Virus record (IMG/VR): IMGVR_UViG_3300044898_000038
Coordinates: 1 to 54,706 of that record
Source: a virus
Lineage: Duplodnaviria; Caudoviricetes
Reading direction: 5' to 3' (one strand)
DNA: 54,706 nt
The translations under genes and the position numbers were made by a program. Shown piece by piece: positions 9,291-18,937 of the stretch. The notes beneath the pieces were generated by a model. The model was not told the origin of the DNA, made no database searches, and saw only the letters and a list, made by a program, of their open reading frames with translations. Each line of letters begins with the position of its first letter. The stretch's first letter is position 1.

Positions 9291-9835
9291 TGTAGTTGAT
9301 TCCAGATGTCATCGAACCTTCGATCAACCGCCAGCGATCCGTTACTGCGATAGACCTTGATCAGAAGATCGAGCCGTCCGATCGCAGGCTCGGCAATCGC
9401 CGTCACGTCGATGCGGGCGGCAACTCCCTGACGGATCAGCGTCTGCAACGCGTCCTTTGCCAGCGTTTCGGCCCAGCGCCGAATGTCTTCGGTCAACGGA
9501 GCGCGCGCCAGTACCCAGAGCAGCGAGCCCATCTCGGATTCTCCAAGATCGGTCCGGACATCGACGCCGTCCCCCCACCAACCCCGCAAGTCGTCGCCGT
9601 CGACATACTTCCGTAGCGGATGATCGATGGGCACGCGCTTGTCGGTAAACAACTGGATCACGATCGCGGTTTCCAGCGCCCTTGTTGCCGCAAGGCCGCC
9701 GCGGTTGAGAAGTTCTGATGCCGGCGCCAGCGCCCAATCGGCAAAACCGCGCGCGGCGTCCCAGATGCTGTCCCACAACAGCTGCGGCTGCGGATCATTG
9801 CCCTCATTGATCCGAATGCGAGGCGCCGCCATCAC
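9287..9835 (-). CDS. Baseplate protein (Mu gp46-like)
   Basis: L.TA..I.LFTD.R...RGWWGD...GS.LW.L.R motif. Confidence 0.92.
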   Translation of the reverse strand: MMAAPRIRINEGNDPQPQLLWDSIWDAARGFADWALAPASELLNRGGLAATRALETAIVIQLFTDKRVPIDHPLRKYVDGDDLRGWWGDGVDVRTDLGESEMGSLLWVLARAPLTEDIRRWAETLAKDALQTLIRQGVAARIDVTAIAEPAIGRLDLLIKVYRSNGSLAVDRRFDDIWNQLQ

Positions 9836-10302
9836 GCGATCTTTGCAAACACGTTCACGGAAACGCCGGTAGCGGTGCGAACCGGCTGATAGGCACCATC
9901 CGTTCCATCTCCGCCAAGATAGAGGTTCTGTCCCGCTGCTGGCGAAACGGTAATCCCGCCCTCGTTCGCCTTTATGACGATGCCGTTGCTTCCCTTGGCG
10001 AAGATCACATTGCCCTTGTCGTCATAGAGCACGGCCGTGCCGGTCGGCAGGTTGGCTTGGCGATAGTCCTTGTGCTCCCCGCCGATCGCCATCGCGCGGC
10101 TCAATCCGCCGCCTGCCGCGAGCATCAGAAAGTCCGCGCCGACCGGCGGCGATGAAGCAAAACCGAATTCCATCACCCGCGGCACCTTGCGCGGGCGATC
10201 CGACTTCAGCGCTGACAGGTCGAGCAACTGCTGCGAACCGGAATCATCGAGGCTGAGCAGCCGCGCGCGGCGCAGCATCAGCCGCACTTCGTGCTGGTCC
10301 AT
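9832..10302 (-). CDS. Baseplate spike protein (Mu gp45-like)
   Basis: DDSG..Q...FGFAS.PP.GA...GG...L..G..VLYDD.G motif. Confidence 0.88.
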   Translation of the reverse strand: MDQHEVRLMLRRARLLSLDDSGSQQLLDLSALKSDRPRKVPRVMEFGFASSPPVGADFLMLAAGGGLSRAMAIGGEHKDYRQANLPTGTAVLYDDKGNVIFAKGSNGIVIKANEGGITVSPAAGQNLYLGGDGTDGAYQPVRTATGVSVNVFAKIA

Positions 10303-10303
10303 T

Positions 10304-11365
10304 TTATTCCGGTTCGCTGTCGTCGAGATCGTTGTCGTCACTCGACTTGTTGCCCTTGCCCTTGTCGCCGTCATAGGCGCGCGGATCGACCAATCCGAGC
10401 GAGGTCAGCGATCCGCCCTTTGAGTCTTGCGAGAAGTCCGCGCTTTCGATCAGCATATCCTGGGCGATCCCTAAGGTTTCGCTCTCGGTCCAGATCAGGC
10501 GGCCAGGCTCAAACACAGTTCCGGCTTCGTCCCGACACCCCTGTATCGTGACGTCACAACCCAGCGCATAGCCGGCGGCGCGATCTCGGCGCGTAGCAGC
10601 ACGGCCTTTCGCTCGCGCCTTGCTGCTGGTTTCCTTTTGCACGATGATGAGAGGCCGAAACCGCCGCACCTTGCCGTCGTTGGCAACCGCCTCAATCTCC
10701 AGCGCTTCCGCGCCGTGACCGGTCACGCTCTGGCCGCGCACGATGTATTTCGAATGCCGGTTGCACGCGTTATGGTCCCCCTCCGCTTCAATGATGTTGA
10801 CGCCCTCATAAAGCCCGCCGGCGTGCCGGCGCGTGCCGGCCTTGGTGACCAGGACATTGCCCGCGGCCGTCCCGGTCAGCGTCTTGTTTTGGTCGCGGCA
10901 TAACTCCTCCACTACCGTGAAGATCGTCTTTCCCTGCGCCAGCGAATAGGCCTCTACTTTCTCCAGCGTTTGATCGGTCTCGAACCTTGCAGCGATGCCC
11001 GCAGCGATGGCATTCCCGATATCAACCGCCGTCATGTTTTCGAAGTCGCCGCTATCGTGAACCGCGCTGCAGTCAACAAGATCGCAAGACTTCGATCTCC
11101 CGATGATGACGATTTCCGTCTCGTCCTCTCCAAGCTTCGGGCGCCGTCGATCCACATAACCATCGAGCAGAAGATCGTCATTGGCGAATATCTTCAGTTC
11201 CACACCCAGCGCGAACCTTGCATGCGTCGCAGCGGCACCGAGTTCGTTGGCAGCCTTCAGGCTATAACTGCGGCACGCTTCATCAAACGCCGAACGCACC
11301 TTCACCTGCTCCCAGGCCGTGAAAACGTCGCCGCCGACCTCTACCCTGATTTGCTCGGCTCCCAT
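10304..11365 (-). CDS. Baseplate hub / tail protein (Mu gp44/P-like)
   Basis: GRSK..DLVDCSA and R.SKYIV.GQ motifs. Confidence 0.9.
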   Translation of the reverse strand: MGAEQIRVEVGGDVFTAWEQVKVRSAFDEACRSYSLKAANELGAAATHARFALGVELKIFANDDLLLDGYVDRRRPKLGEDETEIVIIGRSKSCDLVDCSAVHDSGDFENMTAVDIGNAIAAGIAARFETDQTLEKVEAYSLAQGKTIFTVVEELCRDQNKTLTGTAAGNVLVTKAGTRRHAGGLYEGVNIIEAEGDHNACNRHSKYIVRGQSVTGHGAEALEIEAVANDGKVRRFRPLIIVQKETSSKARAKGRAATRRDRAAGYALGCDVTIQGCRDEAGTVFEPGRLIWTESETLGIAQDMLIESADFSQDSKGGSLTSLGLVDPRAYDGDKGKGNKSSDDNDLDDSEPE

Positions 11366-12579
11366 CAGATGGCCAGCGCCTCGATCTCGAGGGGCATGAA
11401 GCTCGGATGCGCGACATTGTTGCGCGCTACAATTTCATCGGCGCGCGACGGGTCCGTGTAGAGCCGCCATGCCCATGCCAGCGAAGGCATCGCGAGATTC
11501 GAACTTGCAGAAATGACCGGCGCCAGAGTTGTGATCTTCTGGCTGAGATAAGCGACGGCGGTACCACGCAATTCCTGCACGGCGTCGATCACCTCACCAT
11601 GAGTCATGTCGAGACCGGAAATCTCCGCATCGAACAGTTCGGTCAAATCGGCGCGCAGCGTTATCCCCGCCGGCCGATCCGAAATCGTATTATCGCGAGC
11701 CACCGATTCAGCCGCGACGGTCAAAGCCGCCATGCGAGCGGCGCGGCGCACGGCATTGCCGTTAGCAACGGCCTGTTGCGCCGAAGTAGTACCGGCTTGA
11801 TCGACCGGCCCATCAGGCAGCGTATCCAGCAGCGGCAGCAAGGCCGCCCGTGCGGCCGGCGCTGCAATTCCATCACCGAGCGCGCGGGCAATGCTGGCGA
11901 CCCGCAGCCCCAATGTGGGGTCGACACCGGTCAGGCGATGGATCAGATCAGGCGCGTCATCGTGCAGCGCCTGGATGGCCGGACGCTGCACAGCACTTAC
12001 GGCGGTATCAACCGGCGCAGTCGTGCGGATTGATTCAAACAGTGCTGCAACGTCCCGCACAGCCTCGACGCCGGCGAGAATGACATAGTCCGGTTGCCCC
12101 ATCGCGACCACGCTATCGATGCAAAAATCTGCTATGGCCGACTGCACGACATCCGCGGCGACAAACACAAGATTGGCCAGCGACAATACCGACGGCTGCG
12201 CCTGGCGCGATCCGTCGCGCACGAATTCCAGCTCGATCGCGATGTAGCCGTGCTTGTCCCCCTTCCGGTTACGCTTGAACGTGAGGCATTGCACCTCGAT
12301 CGGTCCGTGCGACGGCAACACCAGGGTCCCTGCATCCGGCTGAGCACATATCTCGATGATCGCGCCAGCGTCCACATCGGCGGCATCGGAGGCGACATAG
12401 GCCGTGACACTGAATTCGCGCTTGTCCTCACCAAGATCCTCAATAAACGGATCGTCACGGCCGGGGAACTGATGCACGGCCTTGCGGCGACCGCCCTTTT
12501 CGGCATCGGATTCAACCTGAAACGGCACGCCCTTATAGGACGCCGGCCAAAGTGTCTTGAGCCAGTTGCGCGCGAGCAT
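11365..12579 (-). CDS. DNA circularization protein (Mu gp43/N-like)
   Basis: ASYKGVPF.V...GGRR..VH.FP.RD.P..EDLG N-terminus and LY.DP.RADEI..RN...HP.F.P C-terminus. Confidence 0.92.
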   Translation of the reverse strand: MLARNWLKTLWPASYKGVPFQVESDAEKGGRRKAVHQFPGRDDPFIEDLGEDKREFSVTAYVASDAADVDAGAIIEICAQPDAGTLVLPSHGPIEVQCLTFKRNRKGDKHGYIAIELEFVRDGSRQAQPSVLSLANLVFVAADVVQSAIADFCIDSVVAMGQPDYVILAGVEAVRDVAALFESIRTTAPVDTAVSAVQRPAIQALHDDAPDLIHRLTGVDPTLGLRVASIARALGDGIAAPAARAALLPLLDTLPDGPVDQAGTTSAQQAVANGNAVRRAARMAALTVAAESVARDNTISDRPAGITLRADLTELFDAEISGLDMTHGEVIDAVQELRGTAVAYLSQKITTLAPVISASSNLAMPSLAWAWRLYTDPSRADEIVARNNVAHPSFMPLEIEALAI

Positions 12580-12580
12580 A

Positions 12581-15043
12581 CTACCAAACCCCATTCGCGC
12601 CAGGCTGCGCATCCGGAGAAGACTTTCCGACGCTGCCGGGACCGTTGATCATCAGCGACATGCTGGACGTCGACTCCTTGACGATGTCTTTTACTTCGGA
12701 GCGCAGCTTGTCGTTATCGAACGTCACAACGACTTCCACCTTGCTGTTCACAGTCGCTTCACCGGATATCTTGCCGTCGCCCCAGACCCCTGAAGCGCCA
12801 CCGCTCGAACTCGGATGCAAAATGCTCGCGGCAAATGCCGCGTCGGGCGCCATTGCACCCAGCATCGGATTGTCCGTGAGCGCCTTGGCAAGCTCGGGAT
12901 TGTTCTTGAACTTGTCCCACGAAAACCATGTCGCTGCCGCACCTCCGGCGATGATACCGGCCAGCGCACTGCCCGTCGCGACTGCACCGCCTGCTGCAGC
13001 CGATGCTGCGGCCTTGCCAGCGCCGTCAATAACCGAGCCGCCGCCGATCCGCGCCGCCGCTGCCGTCAGTGCGGCAGCCGATGAATCCAGCGCGACCGCG
13101 GACGCTGAGAGCCCAAATCCGCCCATCAACTTACTGGTCAACCAGGTTGCGCCGCCGATCATTCCACCGCCAACCGCAAGCGCGCCTCCCGCCACCACGG
13201 GCTTTGGAAGGTTCGATATCCAGTCCATCGCGTTGCCAAGACCTTCGAACGCCGGCTTCAAGGTGCCTTCCCAAGCCTGCCCGATCGAGAGCGTGAGGTT
13301 TTCGACCGAGCCTTTGAGCCGCTCGAACGAGCCGCCAAGGCCTGCCATGATCTCGTCGGCCTTGCGCTTGGCGAAGTCCGGATCGTCCCCGACTTTTTTC
13401 AGATCGTTGCGCGCGGCGACATATTCGTCGCGCTGCCGTTGCGTGATGGCGCCCTTGCCGCCGTGTTTGGCGGTGAAGAATTCGTTGAGCTGCGCCAGCG
13501 TCATGTCCGACGACATGATCTTGTCGAGCAGCGCTTCGACATCGACCGATGCCGCGGATACCTTGTGGAATGTGCCCGCGCTCCGCGCTATCTTCTGCCG
13601 GTCCGATGCGCGCATCGAGCCGTCTTTTTTCTTGCCAAACAGCGGATCGACCGCTTCGGTGACGGCTTGCGTAAAGGCGCCGCGATCGCCGATGACGCTG
13701 GAATCGGACAAGGCCTTCTGCAACGCCTCGCGGACGGCCGGCGTAAAGCCGATACCGAGATCCTGCTTGAACTGATTTTCCAGCCGGCCAACGTCGAGAT
13801 TGCCGGGCATCGTGACATAGTCGCTGTAGTTGATGCCTGCCGCATTGAGCGCGGCGCGACCACCCTTGGTCGGCGCCACCAGCTTGGAGGCCGCGGCGCG
13901 CACGAACACGCCGGCCTCATCGCCGCGCAATCCGCCGCGGCGCGCTAAGGCAGCCAGCGACAAAAGGCTTTCCGGCGTCAATCCCGCGGCCGTACCGCTG
14001 GCGACCGCGAATTTGATGAACCCCTGCACGTCTTCGTCGCTCATGCCGCCGAGCTTGGCCATCTTCACCAGCTGGTTGGTGGCCTTGTTGGCCTCCTTGA
14101 GCGCCTTTTCCTTTGTCGAGATGTCCTTGTTGGTTGTCTGCAGATAGGAGCGGATCGCCTCCGCCGAGGTCGCGAGGTCACCCTCCATCACAAGCGCATA
14201 ATTCTTGACGTTTTCCAGAATGCCTTCGGCAACTTCGGCCTTGAGCCTCCCGGTCAGGTTGGACGGCAGTCCCTGCATCGCCTTGGTCTGCGCTTTTACC
14301 ACGTCGAGATTGGTGAACTGAGTGTCCTGTCCGATCTTCTTCGCCTGCGGCGTCAAAATGTTAGCCTGATCCTCGGCCGAAATGTCGGTGAACTCGCGCT
14401 GCTTGCGCGATGCGATATCGAACTCGGCCGCCGCAACGACCGCGCTGGTGGAGAGCATCTTGACCTTGTGCGCGGCGATCATTCCCGCCCCGGCGATCGC
14501 ACCGGTCCGCGCCATGCGATCGGCTACAGCCGCGCGGCGCTCTTGCCGCGTCTTTTGCTTGTCCATCGCCGCGTTGGTGGCAAGAACGGCAGCGCGAAGC
14601 CGTTCTTGATGCAAAGTGGCATCCTTGATAGGCACGCCGAGCTGTTCAAGCGCTCGGCGGTCCGCAAACACAGCGGCTCTTTGCGTTTCATAAGACTTCG
14701 ACGCCTGATCGACCGCACGGCCCAGCCGACGCTGCTCAGCCTCGCCAGCGGCTCGGTTTGGCGCAGCGATCGTCATCATCGTCTTGTGGTGCCGGTCAAC
14801 CGCAGCCGCAGCGTCCTGCAATCTCTTGCGCGACGCCTCAAACACGCCGCGCGTGTTGGCATAGCGGTCGATCGCCGCCATCTGCGACTGCACTTTCTCC
14901 AGCGACTTCGACATACGGTCGACACCGGCGGCCATTTTTCCTGACTTGCCGATCGCGTCGACGCGTTTTGCGATGCTGTCAAACATCGCACCCGTCTTAT
15001 CATCGCCAGAAATAACGAGCTTGGATTCAATAATCCGGTTCAA
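12581..15043 (-). CDS. Tail tape measure protein
   Basis: Long Ala-rich helical protein after the chaperone. TTG start at 15043 with GGGAG RBS. Confidence 0.9.
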   Translation of the reverse strand: MNRIIESKLVISGDDKTGAMFDSIAKRVDAIGKSGKMAAGVDRMSKSLEKVQSQMAAIDRYANTRGVFEASRKRLQDAAAAVDRHHKTMMTIAAPNRAAGEAEQRRLGRAVDQASKSYETQRAAVFADRRALEQLGVPIKDATLHQERLRAAVLATNAAMDKQKTRQERRAAVADRMARTGAIAGAGMIAAHKVKMLSTSAVVAAAEFDIASRKQREFTDISAEDQANILTPQAKKIGQDTQFTNLDVVKAQTKAMQGLPSNLTGRLKAEVAEGILENVKNYALVMEGDLATSAEAIRSYLQTTNKDISTKEKALKEANKATNQLVKMAKLGGMSDEDVQGFIKFAVASGTAAGLTPESLLSLAALARRGGLRGDEAGVFVRAAASKLVAPTKGGRAALNAAGINYSDYVTMPGNLDVGRLENQFKQDLGIGFTPAVREALQKALSDSSVIGDRGAFTQAVTEAVDPLFGKKKDGSMRASDRQKIARSAGTFHKVSAASVDVEALLDKIMSSDMTLAQLNEFFTAKHGGKGAITQRQRDEYVAARNDLKKVGDDPDFAKRKADEIMAGLGGSFERLKGSVENLTLSIGQAWEGTLKPAFEGLGNAMDWISNLPKPVVAGGALAVGGGMIGGATWLTSKLMGGFGLSASAVALDSSAAALTAAAARIGGGSVIDGAGKAAASAAAGGAVATGSALAGIIAGGAAATWFSWDKFKNNPELAKALTDNPMLGAMAPDAAFAASILHPSSSGGASGVWGDGKISGEATVNSKVEVVVTFDNDKLRSEVKDIVKESTSSMSLMINGPGSVGKSSPDAQPGANGVW

Positions 15044-15047
15044 ACGA

Positions 15048-15227
15048 CTATCTCCCGCGCGGCCTTGGACGCTTCGACCACGCCACCGCGCGACCATGCC
15101 AGTAAATCAGATCAGAAATCGTCAGCGCGCCTATTTCTTTGAAGCTGTTTTGCCCGACGCCGGCAAACGCGAGTTCGTCCGCTAGCTCGCGGAGTCCTCG
15201 CTCTCCTCGACGTCGAGAGGGAAAAAA
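15048..15227 (-). other. Programmed -1 frameshift site (T TTT TTC at 15227-15221) and extension ORF of the tail chaperone
   Basis: The -1 frame is open to TAG at 15050-15048 and encodes ...ELADELAF...EIGALTISDLIYWHGRA..., resembling the P2 E' tail. Confidence 0.8.
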
Positions 15228-15511
15228 TTTATGATTGCCTTTTTCACCCTCCGGGCCGCATTCATGTCGGCCTGACTCAGCAGTGCCGGATCAGGAGGTT
15301 CGACGAGACAGAGATCGATGAATTCGCAGATAACGTCGTTGTTCGGAACCCTGAACGGAATTCCGGCCGGCGAGAGCGCCCACATATAAGGGTCTTCGCG
15401 GCGCTTAACCTCGTCGAAGGTCGGCTCTCGGAGCACAATGGCGTTATAGGTGGTGCCGTTAGGACCCTTGATCGGCGCTTTCAACCGGATCGAGACGTTC
15501 TCACCCATCAC
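15182..15511 (-). CDS. Tail assembly chaperone (P2 E / Mu gp41-like)
   Basis: I.L..PI....LREPT motif, lies between tube and tape measure. Confidence 0.85.
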   Translation of the reverse strand: MMGENVSIRLKAPIKGPNGTTYNAIVLREPTFDEVKRREDPYMWALSPAGIPFRVPNNDVICEFIDLCLVEPPDPALLSQADMNAARRVKKAIINFFPLDVEESEDSAS

Positions 15512-15900
15512 ACAGTCTCATAGCTGTCGTAAGCGATCTCGAGGCCGGAGAGTTCGCCGGTTGACAGGTTCTGCGCCGGGTCGCCGGTAAAGAACGCCCC
15601 GGTCATCAGGTGCTGCTTGCCTCGATTGTCGATCTCCGTGAAGGTCACCGGCAGATCGGTGATCAGCAGCAGCCGCTCATCCCATTTCATCCGCGAGCCG
15701 TCCGGCGCGGTCAGCACGGTGTTGGCGTCGAAGGTGATCGACGCCTTTCGCGGCTTTGGCGTCACGGTTCGATAGAGCGAGCCGTCGGCGTTTGAGCCTG
15801 CTTCGACCGAAATATTCGAGGCATTGAGGTTGGTTTCGCCGCGCGCGGAATAGGGCACGCCGGCGATCACGATCGACACGCGCCCGCTAGTGGTGGTCAT
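15508..15900 (-). CDS. Tail tube protein (Mu gpM-like)
   Basis: 130 aa immediately after the sheath gene. Confidence 0.8.
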   Translation of the reverse strand: MTTTSGRVSIVIAGVPYSARGETNLNASNISVEAGSNADGSLYRTVTPKPRKASITFDANTVLTAPDGSRMKWDERLLLITDLPVTFTEIDNRGKQHLMTGAFFTGDPAQNLSTGELSGLEIAYDSYETV

Positions 15901-15960
15901 GGAGAACTCCTGTCTGGTTCAATCGCGAAAAGAAAAAGCGGAGCGGTTTTGCGGCGAGCG

Positions 15961-17457
15961 CTATGCCGGGAACTGCAGGAACGTCGTCACGTTGCCCGCG
16001 AAGATGCGCAACTGGTTGATCACGTCGACAGGCAGATATGCGTTGACGCGCTCAGGATCGGCCGACTGCTCCAGCACCAAACTCTGTGCGAACAGCGACG
16101 AGTTCTCCACCAAGCCTCCGCGCTCGAGTTCCTTGTAGACATGGACGCACTCGGCCTTGAGCATTGCTAGCGTGACGATGCCAGCCTTGTTGCTTGGGTT
16201 GTCAGCTGACAGCGCAGGACGCGGGTACGTTTGCGCGATCCGCTGTCGCAAATAACGAACGAAGTAAACCATCTGAGCGCGCGTATCGACGTCAAGCCAG
16301 GTGATATCCGGTTGGCCCGCGGCATTGGTCTGGTAGGTGGTGATCAGGCGGTCAATCCGCACCGTGCCGTCCGGATCGACGGTGAATCCGGAGATGCCAT
16401 CCTGATAGAGTTGCTGGCGCTGGTTTTTGGTGAACCAGTTGATGCGCGACTTCGGCGGTTTGACACCCACCAGTTCCAGCGTCTGCAGCGGCCGGCTGAT
16501 CTCGACCGCCTGGTCAACTGTGCCGCCAAGGTTTTTTGCCTTCGCGGTAGCGGCACAAATCGCCGCGGCCCATACCCAGGGCGGCGACGACGATTCCACC
16601 ACACCCATGATTTCCGCGTTCGGATCGTTGCGCGCGGCTCCCGCCGCGGCAAGGTTGCCGAACGTATCGAACAGCGCGGTGATATAGTTGCCGTAGGTTT
16701 GCTGCATCGGCGACCAGCGGTCCGCCAGAAACGCCTGGATAGCGTTAAGCGAGGTCGTGTCGGCATAGGGTGCAGCGATCCAGTCGTATTCCTGATCGCC
16801 CAAGGCCGCGAGGCCCGTGGCGAGCGATGGCACCAGCGTGCCCGCCGTCGGTGCGGCGATGGTGAGGTACTGCGCCAGCGCCCCTTCGTTGCCGAGCAGA
16901 TCCTTGTCGACAGCGATGGCGTTACCGAGTGCGCCGACATTGCGCGCGGTCAGCGACACGACGTTGGCCGCGACCGATGCGATGACCGGGAACGACAGCG
17001 CACGGCCGAACTTGACATAGCCCTTGTTGATCGCAGCGCTGAGATTGGTCGCGACGTCGGAATTGGCATCGGTGGCCGCGACCGCAACCGACACCGGCTC
17101 GCCCTGGATGTAAATGGTGACTGCGCCGACACTGCCGAGAATGCCAACGCCGACCGTGACCGTCTTGATCGCGGCCACACCGCCGGGATCGGCCAGCGGC
17201 AGCGCCCAGATTTCCCCGAGCGCAAAGCCCTGCCGGGCATACAGCGCCATATCGGACAGCATCGAGCCCGCGCCGAACATCACGGTCGGATCGCCGTCGA
17301 CACGGATCGGCGCGTTGGCAGGCGCGGTGCCTGCGCCGGTTTTCTGGCCGATCAGCAGCATGCGGCTGGCAGCAAGATAAGGCGACTGCCCCGCGTTGAT
17401 CTCGAAATAGGCAAAGGGCACGCGGATGTTCGAGGGGATCTGGTTGAAGGTGACCAT
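15961..17457 (-). CDS. Contractile tail sheath protein (Mu gpL-like)
   Basis: F..IP.N.RVP..Y.E, LLIGQK, FGAGSML, ITTYQ.N..G..D, D.INQLR.FA motifs. Confidence 0.95.
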   Translation of the reverse strand: MVTFNQIPSNIRVPFAYFEINAGQSPYLAASRMLLIGQKTGAGTAPANAPIRVDGDPTVMFGAGSMLSDMALYARQGFALGEIWALPLADPGGVAAIKTVTVGVGILGSVGAVTIYIQGEPVSVAVAATDANSDVATNLSAAINKGYVKFGRALSFPVIASVAANVVSLTARNVGALGNAIAVDKDLLGNEGALAQYLTIAAPTAGTLVPSLATGLAALGDQEYDWIAAPYADTTSLNAIQAFLADRWSPMQQTYGNYITALFDTFGNLAAAGAARNDPNAEIMGVVESSSPPWVWAAAICAATAKAKNLGGTVDQAVEISRPLQTLELVGVKPPKSRINWFTKNQRQQLYQDGISGFTVDPDGTVRIDRLITTYQTNAAGQPDITWLDVDTRAQMVYFVRYLRQRIAQTYPRPALSADNPSNKAGIVTLAMLKAECVHVYKELERGGLVENSSLFAQSLVLEQSADPERVNAYLPVDVINQLRIFAGNVTTFLQFPA

Positions 17458-17463
17458 CGGCGT

Positions 17464-17697
17464 TTAGTCCTTTGAGCTGGGCGCAACGGCGGCGGTCTTG
17501 TCCGGCGCAGGCGCAGGTTTCGGATTTTCGGAAGAAGCTTTCGGCGGATCACTCTCGATGACGTCGCCGCCGATGATCAGCCGCTCGTAATAAACGTCGC
17601 GCGGCACCAGCGCCCCGGAATCGGACATCACCTGGCCGCCCCGTTCCGGCTGGCGGATGCGGGCACCCTTGCTCGGCTTGACGTAAACCGTGTCCAT
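17464..17697 (-). CDS. DUF2635 / Mu gp38-like protein
   Basis: VKP..G..IR.P...G..VP...YY.R....GDV motif upstream of the sheath. Confidence 0.85.
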   Translation of the reverse strand: MDTVYVKPSKGARIRQPERGGQVMSDSGALVPRDVYYERLIIGGDVIESDPPKASSENPKPAPAPDKTAAVAPSSKD

Positions 17698-17712
17698 CGC
17701 TGATCTCTCTTG

Positions 17713-18483
17713 TTAGACTTGTGGAAGGTCGACCGTGACAACGACTTCGCGGTCGTCGGGAAGTTCGGTTTGGATCGCGTCGCCGGCGTCGGCGCGGAAG
17801 TCCAAGCCTTCAAGGGCTACGCCCGCCGTGATCTGCGTCAGCTTGGCGGCCAGGGCAGCGCAGGTGACGCCGCCGGATGAATCCACTGGCAACAATTTCG
17901 CGACCGAGCGCAACGGTTCCGGCAACGCATCAAGGCCAACCGGCGCCGGTGCATTGGCATCGAGCACCTCGATCGCATCGTCGTTGACCCGGCAGCGCAG
18001 CGTCAGCAGCCGCGAGGCGATCTTGACGCCATCGTCGGTCGCGGCGCGATGACAGGCGCGATGCGCAATGCGCGCTAATTGACGAAACTTGACCGCGAAC
18101 GGCGAGAGCCCGATCGCCAGCTCGCGGATGGTCTGGAATTCCAGAAAATCCAGCGACGCCTCTAACCGTGCATCGGTGTCCGGCGCTTCGACGACATAGA
18201 CAGACGCCTGCGGATCGTTCGGGTCGACATACTGCACGCGCGACGCGATGGCCATTTCGATATTGAGGTCGATCATACGATCGAATGGCGGCCCGCCATT
18301 CTGCTCTGAAAACGCCTCTCCGTCGTCGTCGTCGCAAATCACCATGATGACCGGCAGGCCATCCTCCGGAACGCTTTCCGGTGCAAGATCAGCCAGGCGG
18401 CTGTCGTCGACGCGATCGTCGGCGATCGTCCTGCCCAACAAGGCAGCAACCGTGGCCAGGCGCAGCGCAGTGCGGGCCAGCAT
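17713..18483 (-). CDS. Putative tail completion/neck protein
   Basis: Position between head-tail joining gene and sheath; no clear motif. Confidence 0.55.
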   Translation of the reverse strand: MLARTALRLATVAALLGRTIADDRVDDSRLADLAPESVPEDGLPVIMVICDDDDGEAFSEQNGGPPFDRMIDLNIEMAIASRVQYVDPNDPQASVYVVEAPDTDARLEASLDFLEFQTIRELAIGLSPFAVKFRQLARIAHRACHRAATDDGVKIASRLLTLRCRVNDDAIEVLDANAPAPVGLDALPEPLRSVAKLLPVDSSGGVTCAALAAKLTQITAGVALEGLDFRADAGDAIQTELPDDREVVVTVDLPQV

Positions 18484-18484
18484 C

Positions 18485-18886
18485 TCAGGCGGTCTTTCCG
18501 GTCAGAAAGAATAAGGTGCGCGCGACGCCATCTGGCATCGGGCGCGCGATCTCATATTGAACGCCGGTCTTGAGGCGGGTGACGCGGTCACCCATGACCA
18601 CGGCCCATCGCAGCCTGGCGTTGTCGACCGACACGAACGGTTCGGTGACGACATGACGTTGTGCCTCGTTGTTCGCCGTCCCGCGCGCGCGCGGAAAGGC
18701 GGATTTTGCCGGATCGACATAGCCGCCTACGGCATCGAATTTCGGCCGCGCGATATCCAGCACCTTCGGCGATCCGCGATCGACGCCCGCCTTCATACCG
18801 ATGAAGGTGAACGTCTCGCCGTAGATCGTATCGACCGCCGCCGATGTCATCGCGGCGGCGGTCTCGAAGGGCGTTGGCATGATCAA
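18485..18886 (-). CDS. Head-tail joining protein (lambda FII-like)
   Basis: Position after capsid; GD.V......Y.I....PDG motif. Confidence 0.65.
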   Translation of the reverse strand: MIMPTPFETAAAMTSAAVDTIYGETFTFIGMKAGVDRGSPKVLDIARPKFDAVGGYVDPAKSAFPRARGTANNEAQRHVVTEPFVSVDNARLRWAVVMGDRVTRLKTGVQYEIARPMPDGVARTLFFLTGKTA

Positions 18887-18896
18887 TCCTTTTTCA

Positions 18897-18920
18897 AGCC
18901 TGCGCCAATTGGCGCAGGCT
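18897..18920. other. Perfect 24-bp palindrome after the capsid gene (possible mRNA-stabilising hairpin or attenuator)
   Basis: AGCCTGCGCC-AATT-GGCGCAGGCT, with no U-tract on the minus strand. Confidence 0.5.
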
Positions 18921-18937
18921 CGCCCGCGCGCGTAGCG

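Noticed and set aside
7468-17697. Mu-like tail as evidence for a transposable phage, tailocin or contractile injection system
   Set aside because: A full lambda-like head, terminase, cos-like site and tyrosine integrase are present, and there is no Mu A/B transposase.
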